From assembly GCA_018895275.1 (NCBI GenBank), contig JAHIOQ010000073.1, positions 11,472 through 75,471 on the forward strand: DNA of 64,000 nucleotides. The letters run 5' to 3'. The translations under genes and the position numbers were made by a program. Source of the stretch: Candidatus Omnitrophota bacterium (lineage in GTDB: Bacteria > Omnitrophota > Gorgyraeia > B26-G9). Below the pieces are notes generated by a model that was given only the letters and a program-made list of their open reading frames with translations, was not told the origin of the DNA and ran no database searches. Shown here piece by piece: positions 27,501-35,658 of this stretch. The first letter of the stretch is position 1, and every line of letters starts with the position of its first letter.

Positions 27501-29804
27501 AATGGGATTGTGTGGTGTAATATGCATTCCCGGAGCCATCCTCAAGATATCGTGGCGTATTGTTTGAAATCCATACAATGCGGGAAGAACTCAGGAGACC
27601 TGTATAATGCCGGACTTTCTTACGGGCCGCTGATGTGGAACCTTCAGGTTCAGGGGGCTGATTTTTTAAAAATAGAAGAATATGCGGAGGAATGTTTTGA
27701 GTTTTCCAAAAAGTATCATTTGAACTTTTCCGTGCGCTTGGCGGAGGCGATGCAAGCCGGCTGGATAGAGCCGATGAAGAAAGATTATACGCTAATTCCT
27801 ATGGATGAGAAAATCAAACTTTGGGAAAAGGATAATCACATTGCCTCGGCAGGCAGTTATTATGCGCATACGGGGCTGGTTCATTATTATTTAGGAGACT
27901 ATGAAAAGGCTGAATCTTACCTGCAGGGGGTCAAAAAATATTTGACCGGCTTGACGGATAATGTGTTGAAGCGGCAATGGCATGTCTTTTTAGTGCTGAA
28001 TGCCTTACGTTTGCATGAGAGGGGCCTTAAGTATCAAGATAAGGCGGAATTATTAGCATACATTAATCCATTAATAAAGAAATTTGAAACGTGGGCTGAA
28101 TTAGGGCCTTTATTGAAACCGTATCTCTTTCTTGTTTACGCGGAAATGGAAAGGGTTACCGGAGATATGAGGGAGGCAAGAAACCTGTATTTTGACGCGA
28201 TAAGTCTTGCGCATCAATATCAATATGTTTTCATGGAAGGTTATCTTAATGAATGTCTGGGAGAGTTTATTAAAAATCCCACCAAAGATGTTGAGCTTTG
28301 TGCGCACTCCGATAAGTGTGATAAGAAGAAGCCGCACTGTGATAAATGGTGGATTTGTGTTAAGACCGGAGTGGCCAGAGTTTTTTTCAGGGAAGCCGCC
28401 CGCTTGTACAAAAATTGCCGTGCGCAGCGCAAAGAAATGATACTGCAGGAAAAGTATCCTGAATACTTTGAAGAGGAATCGCCTGTTTTTTCGCCGGCGG
28501 AGAAAGAAGCTACCTCTGCGTTTTCAAATATCGATATTGATTATCTGATGAAATCATCCTTAATTATTCCGGCGGAAATAGAAGAAGACGCGCTTTTGCA
28601 CAAGATTATGAATGTGGTTCTGGAAAGTTCCGGCGCGCAGCATGGATATATGATTATAGCCGATAATGGCAACTTAATTATCCGTGCCGAAAGCCATATA
28701 ATGGAAAAAAATACGGTTCACACGACAAATAAAGATCTTGTCGGTTCAAAAGATATCTGCCATGCGATTGTTCGTTACGTATATCGGACCAAAGAGAGGG
28801 TGATTATTGAAAATGCTTCGGAAAGAGGAGAGTTTAAGGATAATTCTGAAGTTCAGGCATTAAAACTCCGTTCAATCTTGTGTCTTCCGGTCATTAAACA
28901 AAATAAATTAATCGGTATTTTATATCTGGAGAACAGTTTGGCGGAGGGGGTTTTTACTGCGGAGCGGACAGCCTTGACCGAATTATTTACGTTTCAGGCG
29001 GCGATCTCTTTGGAAAATGCCCGATTGGTGGAAAAGATGAAACAAACGGAAGCCGCGCTCGAGCGCCATCGCGAACATCTCGAAGAAATGGTTGAGGAAC
29101 GCAGCCGCCAATTGCGCAAGACGCAGGAGAATTTACTTATTGCCGAACGTTTAGCTGTGCTTGGACAATTGGCAGGAAGCATATCCCATGAAATTCGTAA
29201 TCCGCTTAACGTTATCAGCAGTTCGGCGTATTATCTTAAATTGAAACTTGGGGACACGGACAAAAAACAAAGGGAACATATTGAGCGTATCGAAAGCGAA
29301 GTCAAGAATTCAACAATAATCATCGATAGCCTTTTAAGCCTCTCCGGCATGAAAGAGCCTCACAAGAAACGGTTAAATCTTGTCAATATTCTTAATGACG
29401 CGATCGCTGTTTCCGCGATCCCGGAAACGGTAAAGGTAGTTAAGAATATAAAGATTGACGAGATTTTTTTAAATGCGGATAAGGGGCAGCTTCATATTGT
29501 ATTCAATAACATCATCAAGAACGCGGTAGAAGCGATGGATAAAAAAGGAACACTTACTGTAGAGCTTGATAAGGAAGAAAACAAACAGGTTAAGATCACA
29601 TTTATAGATACAGGCATAGGTATCTGCCCGGAAAAAGTTGACAGCTTGTTCAAACCATTCTTTACCACAAAGCCGCAGGGCATTGGTTTTGGACTTTCGA
29701 TCTGCAAGATGATTATTGAAAAGCATAAAGGAACCATCACGCTTAAACCTAATTTGGATAAAGGGACAGTTGTTGTGATATTACTTCCGCTGGGTAATGC
29801 TTAA
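24504..29804 (+). CDS. Giant multidomain sensor: Ser/Thr-kinase-like (degenerate) - AAA/STAND ATPase - TPR-like helical - GAF - histidine kinase
   Basis: 1766 aa. Kinase-like fold with LVLKMLK, IIHGGVKPHNILV, DFI and YTSPEQ. Walker A GLPGIGKTRL. GAF-like region around LGILYLENS. H-box SHEIRNPLN and HATPase motifs DTGIGI / GIGFGLSI. Start is ambiguous (TTG 24504, ATG 24519 or 24555). Confidence 0.85.
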   Translation: MKGAVMGIIIKSKGYNKMFDESKNIIPNYEITRKLGESSQAIVYKAFHKKYPDKPLVLKMLKAGGFTERQELHFRQKIEQLKVLDDPLFIKPFAFVAKDDFPFIIKDYYDGIPLDSWAEAKANITLDDFFCISCFLAQALQKVHEAGIIHGGVKPHNILVNPETLEVRLIDFISFLDVKQVSHFIYERSFVEATLAYTSPEQTGRINHRVDFSSDLYSLGIVFYELLTRKLPFFSRDPLELIHLHLAEEAAEVGKINPAVPNIIGKIVAKLICKQPEKRYQSGAGLFVDLEQCRNEYSAKKTVSDFLLGRYDFTHIVIFISKMVGRDSEARLILEEYNQAAGGNFRSLFISGLPGIGKTRLIQELQKPIIEHRGYFTSGKFNLYQKNIPYSALIHSLRNLIRTFLTESNERVEAWKKTILEALDNKGKVITEVIPELEILVGSQPEVMPLPPVESKNRFNDLFGRFLTCLASEENPLTIFIDDLQWCDTATFDFLGNIFANYKEHKYLFFIGAYRHNEVNSTHPLTKLIRDIKKDKWPLKEIALGPLDSKHCYEMVSYILDSTLSQTEELSAFIAGLSEGNPLFVSEILSYLHNENLLFWDEKRHWKWDFNRIRTSDMPSTVVALFSSKVQKLPPQTIELLEYCACMGNCFSPTEIALIKEITLFNTFEALKPALAQGLLMESKDDLQFVHDRVQEAVLSAIPEDKRRRIHWNIGNHLSSIIPQGADLEKLDNLFAIAAHLNLGRPEALDAETLYRLSDINYHAGNKALEALAMESANNYFQLARELLPQGCWQKQYEMTFKIYRKAAKAELICGNYANSEKLLNKLLENAKTDLDKAEALAEQTSSLSSIGNFISAVETANQGLACFNKSIPCDSVEAEQKRESLMNKIESMDIDIWKTIMDMPFTHERKSKIESAFYSELIPDLYMSGLVPQLYLSAVQSTQHCLAGGMDESVIYSFAIMALYLGETGEFEKAFRYEDLACNLSAKYPNTFGATRGMNGIVWCNMHSRSHPQDIVAYCLKSIQCGKNSGDLYNAGLSYGPLMWNLQVQGADFLKIEEYAEECFEFSKKYHLNFSVRLAEAMQAGWIEPMKKDYTLIPMDEKIKLWEKDNHIASAGSYYAHTGLVHYYLGDYEKAESYLQGVKKYLTGLTDNVLKRQWHVFLVLNALRLHERGLKYQDKAELLAYINPLIKKFETWAELGPLLKPYLFLVYAEMERVTGDMREARNLYFDAISLAHQYQYVFMEGYLNECLGEFIKNPTKDVELCAHSDKCDKKKPHCDKWWICVKTGVARVFFREAARLYKNCRAQRKEMILQEKYPEYFEEESPVFSPAEKEATSAFSNIDIDYLMKSSLIIPAEIEEDALLHKIMNVVLESSGAQHGYMIIADNGNLIIRAESHIMEKNTVHTTNKDLVGSKDICHAIVRYVYRTKERVIIENASERGEFKDNSEVQALKLRSILCLPVIKQNKLIGILYLENSLAEGVFTAERTALTELFTFQAAISLENARLVEKMKQTEAALERHREHLEEMVEERSRQLRKTQENLLIAERLAVLGQLAGSISHEIRNPLNVISSSAYYLKLKLGDTDKKQREHIERIESEVKNSTIIIDSLLSLSGMKEPHKKRLNLVNILNDAIAVSAIPETVKVVKNIKIDEIFLNADKGQLHIVFNNIIKNAVEAMDKKGTLTVELDKEENKQVKITFIDTGIGICPEKVDSLFKPFFTTKPQGIGFGLSICKMIIEKHKGTITLKPNLDKGTVVVILLPLGNA

Positions 29805-29818
29805 AATGGGGTGCGCCT

Positions 29819-30184
29819 TTGGTTTTAAAGCATAAGATACTTATTGTCGATGATAATGAGAGATTATCTAAAAACATGGCGGATATTTTAGAATGGAAAG
29901 GTTATGAGGTATGCGTAGCTAATGATGGATTCCAGGCAATTAAAGCTGTTAAAGACGGAAAGTTTAGAGTTGTCCTTGTGGATTTTAAGATGCCCGGGCT
30001 GAATGGGGTAGAGACATTAAGGATTTTAAAAAAGATTGCGCCGGATATGTCTGCCATTATGGTTACGGCTTTGGGCGAAGGTATTATTTATATGGAACAA
30101 ATTACCAACATTGATTTTCAAATTATCGAGAAGCCGATAGATATTGATAAGCTTTTTTCCATGATAGAGGGGATTTGCCGATAA
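29819..30184 (+). CDS. Single-domain response regulator (REC only)
   Basis: 121 aa. ILIVDDNE...VLVDFKMPGLNG receiver motifs. TTG start 15 nt after the kinase stop. Confidence 0.75.
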   Translation: MVLKHKILIVDDNERLSKNMADILEWKGYEVCVANDGFQAIKAVKDGKFRVVLVDFKMPGLNGVETLRILKKIAPDMSAIMVTALGEGIIYMEQITNIDFQIIEKPIDIDKLFSMIEGICR

Positions 30185-30396
30185 AGCGAAGGTTTTGGTT
30201 TGAGGCGGAATAAATCCTGCGCTTCCGGTGTAAATCGGTTAACCTTGCCAAAAATTCTCCCGCCATATACAATAAGAGCAAACAATGTTCAAGAAAAAGA
30301 AGATAGGTAAAAACATCTTTGCCCTGGGCTCTCGCTTCTTTTAAGCGTGTTTGTAAAAAAATAAAATTCATGTGTTTATAGGAGTTGTTAAAAACA

Positions 30397-30701
30397 ATGC
30401 GTGAGAGAATTCGTATGGCAAATAAGGTTACCTGGGTCGGGCTTTTAGTTAACAGCGTTTTGACGCTGTTTAAGCTGATGGCCGGGATATCCGGCAAAAG
30501 CGCGGCGATGGTCGCGGATGCTTTCCATATATGAGGACGCGCCGGATTGGAAATTATATTGCAATCGATGTGCATATTGAAGTAGACAAAGATTTGGATA
30601 TTACACAAGCGCACAATATTTCCAGTGAGGTTGAAGGTGTGGTAAAAAAAACATTCGGCGAGGATACTTTTATATCGGTGCACAGCGAGCCGGCGCCGTA
30701 A
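30397..30701 (+). pseudogene. Cation diffusion facilitator (CDF) transporter remnant with large internal deletion
   Basis: N-terminal fragment MRERIRMANKVTWVGLLVNSVLTLFKLMAGISGKSAAMVADAFHI stops at about 30532. A C-terminal fragment in another frame reads IAIDVHIEVDKDLDITQAHNISSEVEGVVKKTFGEDTFISVHSEPAP. All TM helices in between are missing. Confidence 0.7.
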
Positions 30702-30804
30702 CCCCGTGATTTTTTTTTTAGCTTGTTGCGGTCTTAGGTGCAGTATGTTATAATAGTTCATGTTGAAACTATCACGAACCAAAGAACCACTGAGGAGGTA
30801 GATA

Positions 30805-32211
30805 ATGAGCGGCATATTCGGAGTAGTGTCTAAAAATGATTGTACGAGAGATTTGTTTTACGGGATAGACTACCATACGCATTTAGGCACGGAATACGGC
30901 GGCATCGCGGTATTGGATAAAGAGTTCAAACGCTATATTCATAACATAAGCCAGAGCCAGTTTAAGTCAAAATTTTACGATGATTATAAGAATGTTAAAG
31001 GCGCAAAGGGCATTGCTGTTATTACTGATTCGGAGGAACAGCCGATATATCTTAATTCCCGCTTCGGCCCGTTTTGCATCGTAACTGCCGGGCTTGTAGA
31101 AAACAAGAAAGAATTGGTTGAATCTTTGCTGAAAAAAGGGGTATCCTTCAGCGAAATAAGCAAAGATTGCGTTAATACCTCGGAATTGATCGCCAAGCTT
31201 ATCAATCAGGGAGATAGCTTGATCGACGGCATAGAGAAGATGTTTGCGCTTATTGACGGCTCATGTTCGTTGCTTATTCTTAATAAAGAGGGAATCTATG
31301 CCGCCAGGGACAGGCTGGGATATACGCCGCTTGTTATCGGCAGGCGGGAGAATACCCTGGCGGTTACCGCGGAAACCTGCGCGTTTGCCAATCTTGATTT
31401 TGAAATTATAAAATATCTGCACCCGGGTGAGATTGTTTTGTTAAACGAAGAGGGCATGGTTGACAAAAGAGCCGGCAACGGCATAAATCAGATCTGTGCC
31501 TTTCTCTGGATATACACGGGATTTCCCGCTTCCAGCTATGAAGGAATTAACGCGGAAGTTGTGCGGGAACGCTGTGGAAGGTGCCTGGCGAAAAGGGACA
31601 AGGATATCGAAGCGGACCTTGTTTCCGGGGTGCCGGATTCCGGTATCGCGCATGCTATCGGCTATGCCATGGAATCAAAAAAACCATATAGAAGGCCGCT
31701 GGTAAAATATACGCCCGGCTACGGCCGCAGTTATACCCCGCCGACCCAGGAGATCCGGGACCGTATCGCCCGGATGAAATTAATAGCGATAAAAGAAATA
31801 ATTCACGGCAACCGGATTGTTGTCTGCGATGACTCCATTGTCAGAGGAACCCAGCTTAAAAACTTTACCGTGCAAAAATTCTGGGACTGCGGGGCAAAGG
31901 AGGTACACGTGCGGCCGGCCTGTCCGCCGTTGATGTTTTCCTGCCGGTTCTGTCTTTCCACGCGCAGCCTTGATGAGCTTGCTACCCGCAAGGCAATCCG
32001 TTCCATAGAGGGCAGGGATATCGATGACGTTAGTGAATACCTGGACCATAATTCCGCAAAATATAAACAAATGGTTTCCTGGATAGCGCGTGATTTGGAG
32101 GTTACCACGTTACGGTTTCAAACGATTGATGATATGGTCGAGGCAGTCGGTTTGCCGCGGGAAAAATTGTGTCTTTACTGCTGGACCGGTGAGTATCCGA
32201 AACAAAAATAA
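30805..32211 (+). CDS. Amidophosphoribosyltransferase (PurF)-like protein with a non-canonical N-terminal nucleophile position
   Basis: 468 aa. Strong RBS GGAGG then MSGIFGV (canonical PurF has MCGI). PRTase motif VVCDDSIVRGTQ. C-terminal Cys pairs CRFC and CLYC. Confidence 0.75.
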   Translation: MSGIFGVVSKNDCTRDLFYGIDYHTHLGTEYGGIAVLDKEFKRYIHNISQSQFKSKFYDDYKNVKGAKGIAVITDSEEQPIYLNSRFGPFCIVTAGLVENKKELVESLLKKGVSFSEISKDCVNTSELIAKLINQGDSLIDGIEKMFALIDGSCSLLILNKEGIYAARDRLGYTPLVIGRRENTLAVTAETCAFANLDFEIIKYLHPGEIVLLNEEGMVDKRAGNGINQICAFLWIYTGFPASSYEGINAEVVRERCGRCLAKRDKDIEADLVSGVPDSGIAHAIGYAMESKKPYRRPLVKYTPGYGRSYTPPTQEIRDRIARMKLIAIKEIIHGNRIVVCDDSIVRGTQLKNFTVQKFWDCGAKEVHVRPACPPLMFSCRFCLSTRSLDELATRKAIRSIEGRDIDDVSEYLDHNSAKYKQMVSWIARDLEVTTLRFQTIDDMVEAVGLPREKLCLYCWTGEYPKQK

Positions 32212-32221
32212 GGAAGAGATA

Positions 32222-33349
32222 ATGTCAAAGCAAAACAAGCCTAAAATTTTGGTCGTGGATGACGAGCCGATCAACGTTAAATTGCTGGAAGCCAATCTTT
32301 TGCCCGCAGGATATGAGGTTATAACCGCAAGTAACGGAGAAGAAGCGCTGTGCAAGGTTGCGGAGAATGAAATAGATTTGGTCGTGCTTGACGTTATGAT
32401 GCCGGGGGTCGACGGTTTTGAAGTTACGAGACGCTTGAGAGCAGATGAAACCACGCAATTTATTCCTATCGTACTGGTTACCGCCCTTAAGGAAACCGCA
32501 GAGCGCATACAAGGTATTGATGCCGGCTGTGATGACTTTATATCCAAACCTTTCGACAGGGGCGAATTGTTGTCGAGAGTGAAATCACTTCTGCGGATAA
32601 AGTATTTGCGCGATGAGCTGGATAGGAACTATCGGAAGCTGAAAGAACTCGAAGACCTGAAAGATAATCTCCTGCATATGGTTGTCCATGATATGAATAA
32701 TCTGGCTAATATCATATGTCTGGGGCTTGAATTTCTGAGGAAAAATAATAAAGGCAGCTTGACTCAGCAGCAGCTTACCGTGCTTGAAAAAATGACAATA
32801 TCTGCCGATGCCTTGAATATGATGATCGGCAACCTTTTGGATATTAATAAAATGGAGGAAGGGAAGTTAAAACTTAGTTATGAAAGTTTTAGCCTGTATG
32901 AGCTGGCAAAAGACGTGATTAGCCAGATGCAGATGATTGCCGTGGAACCGGGCACAGAACTGTTACTGGAAGCGGAAGAAAATATGCCTGAGATCAATGC
33001 AGATAAGGAATTGATTAGGAGAGTAATCGCTAATTTGATCGGTAACGCGGTTAAGTTTACGCCGGACAGAGAAAATATCCGTGTCGGGATTTTCCTAAAA
33101 GAAGAAAATGGCGGTTTTTTTTACGTTCAGGTAAAAGACAAGGGCAAAGGAATTCCCGCGGAATACGCAGAGAAGATTTTCGAAAAATTCGCTCAAGTCG
33201 GCGATAAAGCGAACAGGAGAGGCCGCGGATTAGGCCTTGCGTTTTGCAAAATGGCTGTGGAGGCTCACGGCGGCAGGATATGGGTGGAGAGTGGTCCGGG
33301 AATGGGAAGCCTGTTTACCTTTAGCCTGCCGCGTAATCCAAAAAATTGA
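32222..33349 (+). CDS. Hybrid response regulator-histidine kinase (REC-HisKA-HATPase)
   Basis: MSKQNKPKILVVDDE...VLDVMMPGVDG receiver, H-box VVHDMNN, ATPase boxes NAVKF / GRGLGLAFCK. ATG 32222 follows AAGGAAGAG; the tracked start 32090 overlaps the previous gene. Confidence 0.8.
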   Translation: MSKQNKPKILVVDDEPINVKLLEANLLPAGYEVITASNGEEALCKVAENEIDLVVLDVMMPGVDGFEVTRRLRADETTQFIPIVLVTALKETAERIQGIDAGCDDFISKPFDRGELLSRVKSLLRIKYLRDELDRNYRKLKELEDLKDNLLHMVVHDMNNLANIICLGLEFLRKNNKGSLTQQQLTVLEKMTISADALNMMIGNLLDINKMEEGKLKLSYESFSLYELAKDVISQMQMIAVEPGTELLLEAEENMPEINADKELIRRVIANLIGNAVKFTPDRENIRVGIFLKEENGGFFYVQVKDKGKGIPAEYAEKIFEKFAQVGDKANRRGRGLGLAFCKMAVEAHGGRIWVESGPGMGSLFTFSLPRNPKN

Positions 33350-33389
33350 ATAAGTAAGACAAAGCGGAAGAAATCCTTCCATCAAAGAG

Positions 33390-34682
33390 ATGCGAAAATT
33401 AAAAATTATCTTAGTGCTTTTATGCTTTGTGTGTTTATTTGCCCTTCCGGCAGAAGCAGAGGAAGAGCTTATCTGGGATAACTGCGTCGCGGAAGCGGCC
33501 AAAAATAATCCAGACCTGATCTTGGCCCAGGAAAACGTTGTTCAGCAAAAGGCGCTTAAGGCCATAACGGTGAGTCAATTTTATCCGCAGATAACGGCAG
33601 AAGCGGGCGCGGCCACGCAGAAAACGAGCACGACGAGTTCGGTTAGCGGAGATGTCTCCCAGGCGACAAAGGACAGCTATTCTTACGGCGTAACCGGTAC
33701 CTTGCTTTTGTTTGACGGTTTTAAGACAAACGCCGGCCGCAAAGCCGCTCTGGAAAATATTAAGGCCGCACAGCAGAATTACCGCTTTGCTTCTTCACAG
33801 GTAAGATTGAATTTGCGTACGGCATTCATTAATTTATTAAAGGCGCAGGAATTGATTCGCGTGGCGCAGGAAATCGTGAAAATCAGAAAAGATAACCTGG
33901 AATTGATAAGCTTGCGCTATGAGTCAGGCCTGGAACATAAAGGCGCGTTGTTGACGGCAAAGGCAAACTTCGCGCAGGCGGAGTTCGAACTTTCGCAGGC
34001 AAGGCGCGACGTTGCGTTAGCGCAGCGGCAGTTGACCAAGGAAATGGGACGCAAGGTGTTTGGGCCGTTATCCGTAAAGGGAAGCTTTGTTGTCCGCGAT
34101 ACTGCCGAGCTAAAACCGGATTTTGAAATGCTGGTAAAGGCCAATCCTTTCTTGGGGAAAATTACGGCAAAAAAAAACGCGGCCTTTTTTGACCTTAAAT
34201 CCGCGGATGCCGAATCTTTACCGAAGGTGTCCGCAACCTCAGGCGCGCACAGGAGCAGCAGTGACTGGCCGCCTGAAAACGATGAGTGGAATATCGGTGT
34301 AAACGTAAGCGTGCCTGTTTTTGAAGGCGGATTAAGACGCAGCCGGGTTCAAAGCGCTAAGGCCGCGTATAAACAGGCCCAGGCCGGGGAGCGAAGCACG
34401 AAAGACAGCGTTATCGTTGCGCTGGAACAAAAGTGGGTGTCCTTACAGGATGCCGTGGAATCGCTAAAAGCGCAGAAGGAAATGCTCGTTGCCGCGCAAG
34501 AGCGCGCGGATATTGCCGAAACACAATATTCAACCGGTTTTATCACTTTTGACAACTGGATTATTATTGAAAATGATCTGGTAAAGGCGAAAAAAACATA
34601 CCTGGAAGCGCAGGCAAATGCGTTGTATGCCGAAGCAGAATGGATCCAGGCTAAAGGGGAGACTCTGGAATATGCGCAATAA
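33390..34682 (+). CDS. TolC-family outer membrane efflux protein
   Basis: 430 aa with a signal peptide. Two OEP-type repeats. Followed by adaptor and MacB-like genes. Confidence 0.8.
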   Translation: MRKLKIILVLLCFVCLFALPAEAEEELIWDNCVAEAAKNNPDLILAQENVVQQKALKAITVSQFYPQITAEAGAATQKTSTTSSVSGDVSQATKDSYSYGVTGTLLLFDGFKTNAGRKAALENIKAAQQNYRFASSQVRLNLRTAFINLLKAQELIRVAQEIVKIRKDNLELISLRYESGLEHKGALLTAKANFAQAEFELSQARRDVALAQRQLTKEMGRKVFGPLSVKGSFVVRDTAELKPDFEMLVKANPFLGKITAKKNAAFFDLKSADAESLPKVSATSGAHRSSSDWPPENDEWNIGVNVSVPVFEGGLRRSRVQSAKAAYKQAQAGERSTKDSVIVALEQKWVSLQDAVESLKAQKEMLVAAQERADIAETQYSTGFITFDNWIIIENDLVKAKKTYLEAQANALYAEAEWIQAKGETLEYAQ

Positions 34683-35643
34683 AAAACTCAAGCTGATTAT
34701 AGGCATTTTAACCGTCGCTGCGGGTTTAGCCTTATTTAAAGGCTGTTTAAAACATAAGAGCCCTGACAATGAGATAATTAAAGAGATTCATCCGGTAATC
34801 GGCGCGATTCAAAACATTATTTCCACAACCGGGACGGTTCTGCCGAAAAACAGGCTGGAGGTAAAGCCGCCGGTAAACGGCCGGATTGAAAAAATATTGG
34901 TTCAGGAAGGCGACAAGGTTACTGCCGGGCAGGTGTTGGCATTGATGAGCTCCACGGAACGCGCGGCCCTGCTTGACGCGGCACGCGCAAAGGGCAGGGA
35001 CAGCGTGGAATATTGGCAGGATGTATATAAAGCGATATCGTTGATTTCGCCTATCGGCGCAGAGGTCATTGTGGCGACGACGCAGCCGGGACAGACCGTT
35101 ACCGCGAACGATGCCGTGGTTGTATTATCGGACCGCTTGATTATCCGCGCGCAGGTTGACGAAACCGATATCGGTAAGATCAGCCTGCGCCAGGACGCGG
35201 TGATTACTCTCGATGCCTATCCGGATGTAAAAAAACACGCAAAGGTTGATCATATATATTATGAATCGAAACTTATCAACAACGTGACCATTTATGAAGT
35301 GGATTTGTTCTGCGAGAATCTACCGGAATTTTTCCGCTCGGGCATGAACGCCTCCGTGGATTTTAAGGTCAACAGCAAAGAAAAGGCGCTTGTTATTCCG
35401 CTTGAGGCCGTGAGCAGGGAAAAAGACGGAACTTATGTCTGGGTAAAACCGGACAATAAACGGGAAGCGGTTAAGCGTGCGGTTGCCTTGGGTATCAGCG
35501 ATGATAAAAATATCGAGGTTATCTCCGGGCTCAGCGCCGGGGATACAGTGGTTATGAAAATAAAGAAATACATGCTTCCTAAAAATAATAATACAGGCAG
35601 CAACCCTTTTACTACTTTCGGCCGCAGAAGAGGAGGTCGTTAA
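34672..35643 (+). CDS. Efflux periplasmic adaptor (HlyD/MacA family)
   Basis: Membrane anchor, a biotinyl-lipoyl-like VQEGDKVTAGQVL motif and a beta-barrel region. ATG 34672 overlaps the tolC-like stop. Confidence 0.8.
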   Translation: MRNKKLKLIIGILTVAAGLALFKGCLKHKSPDNEIIKEIHPVIGAIQNIISTTGTVLPKNRLEVKPPVNGRIEKILVQEGDKVTAGQVLALMSSTERAALLDAARAKGRDSVEYWQDVYKAISLISPIGAEVIVATTQPGQTVTANDAVVVLSDRLIIRAQVDETDIGKISLRQDAVITLDAYPDVKKHAKVDHIYYESKLINNVTIYEVDLFCENLPEFFRSGMNASVDFKVNSKEKALVIPLEAVSREKDGTYVWVKPDNKREAVKRAVALGISDDKNIEVISGLSAGDTVVMKIKKYMLPKNNNTGSNPFTTFGRRRGGR

Positions 35644-35658
35644 CCCGGATATTTCATC

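Noticed and set aside
30123-30815. 230-aa minus-strand ORF
   Set aside because: - It overlaps the 3' end of the receiver gene and the start of the PurF-like gene.
- It runs antisense through a recognisable plus-strand CDF remnant.
- It has no motif and a low-complexity composition.
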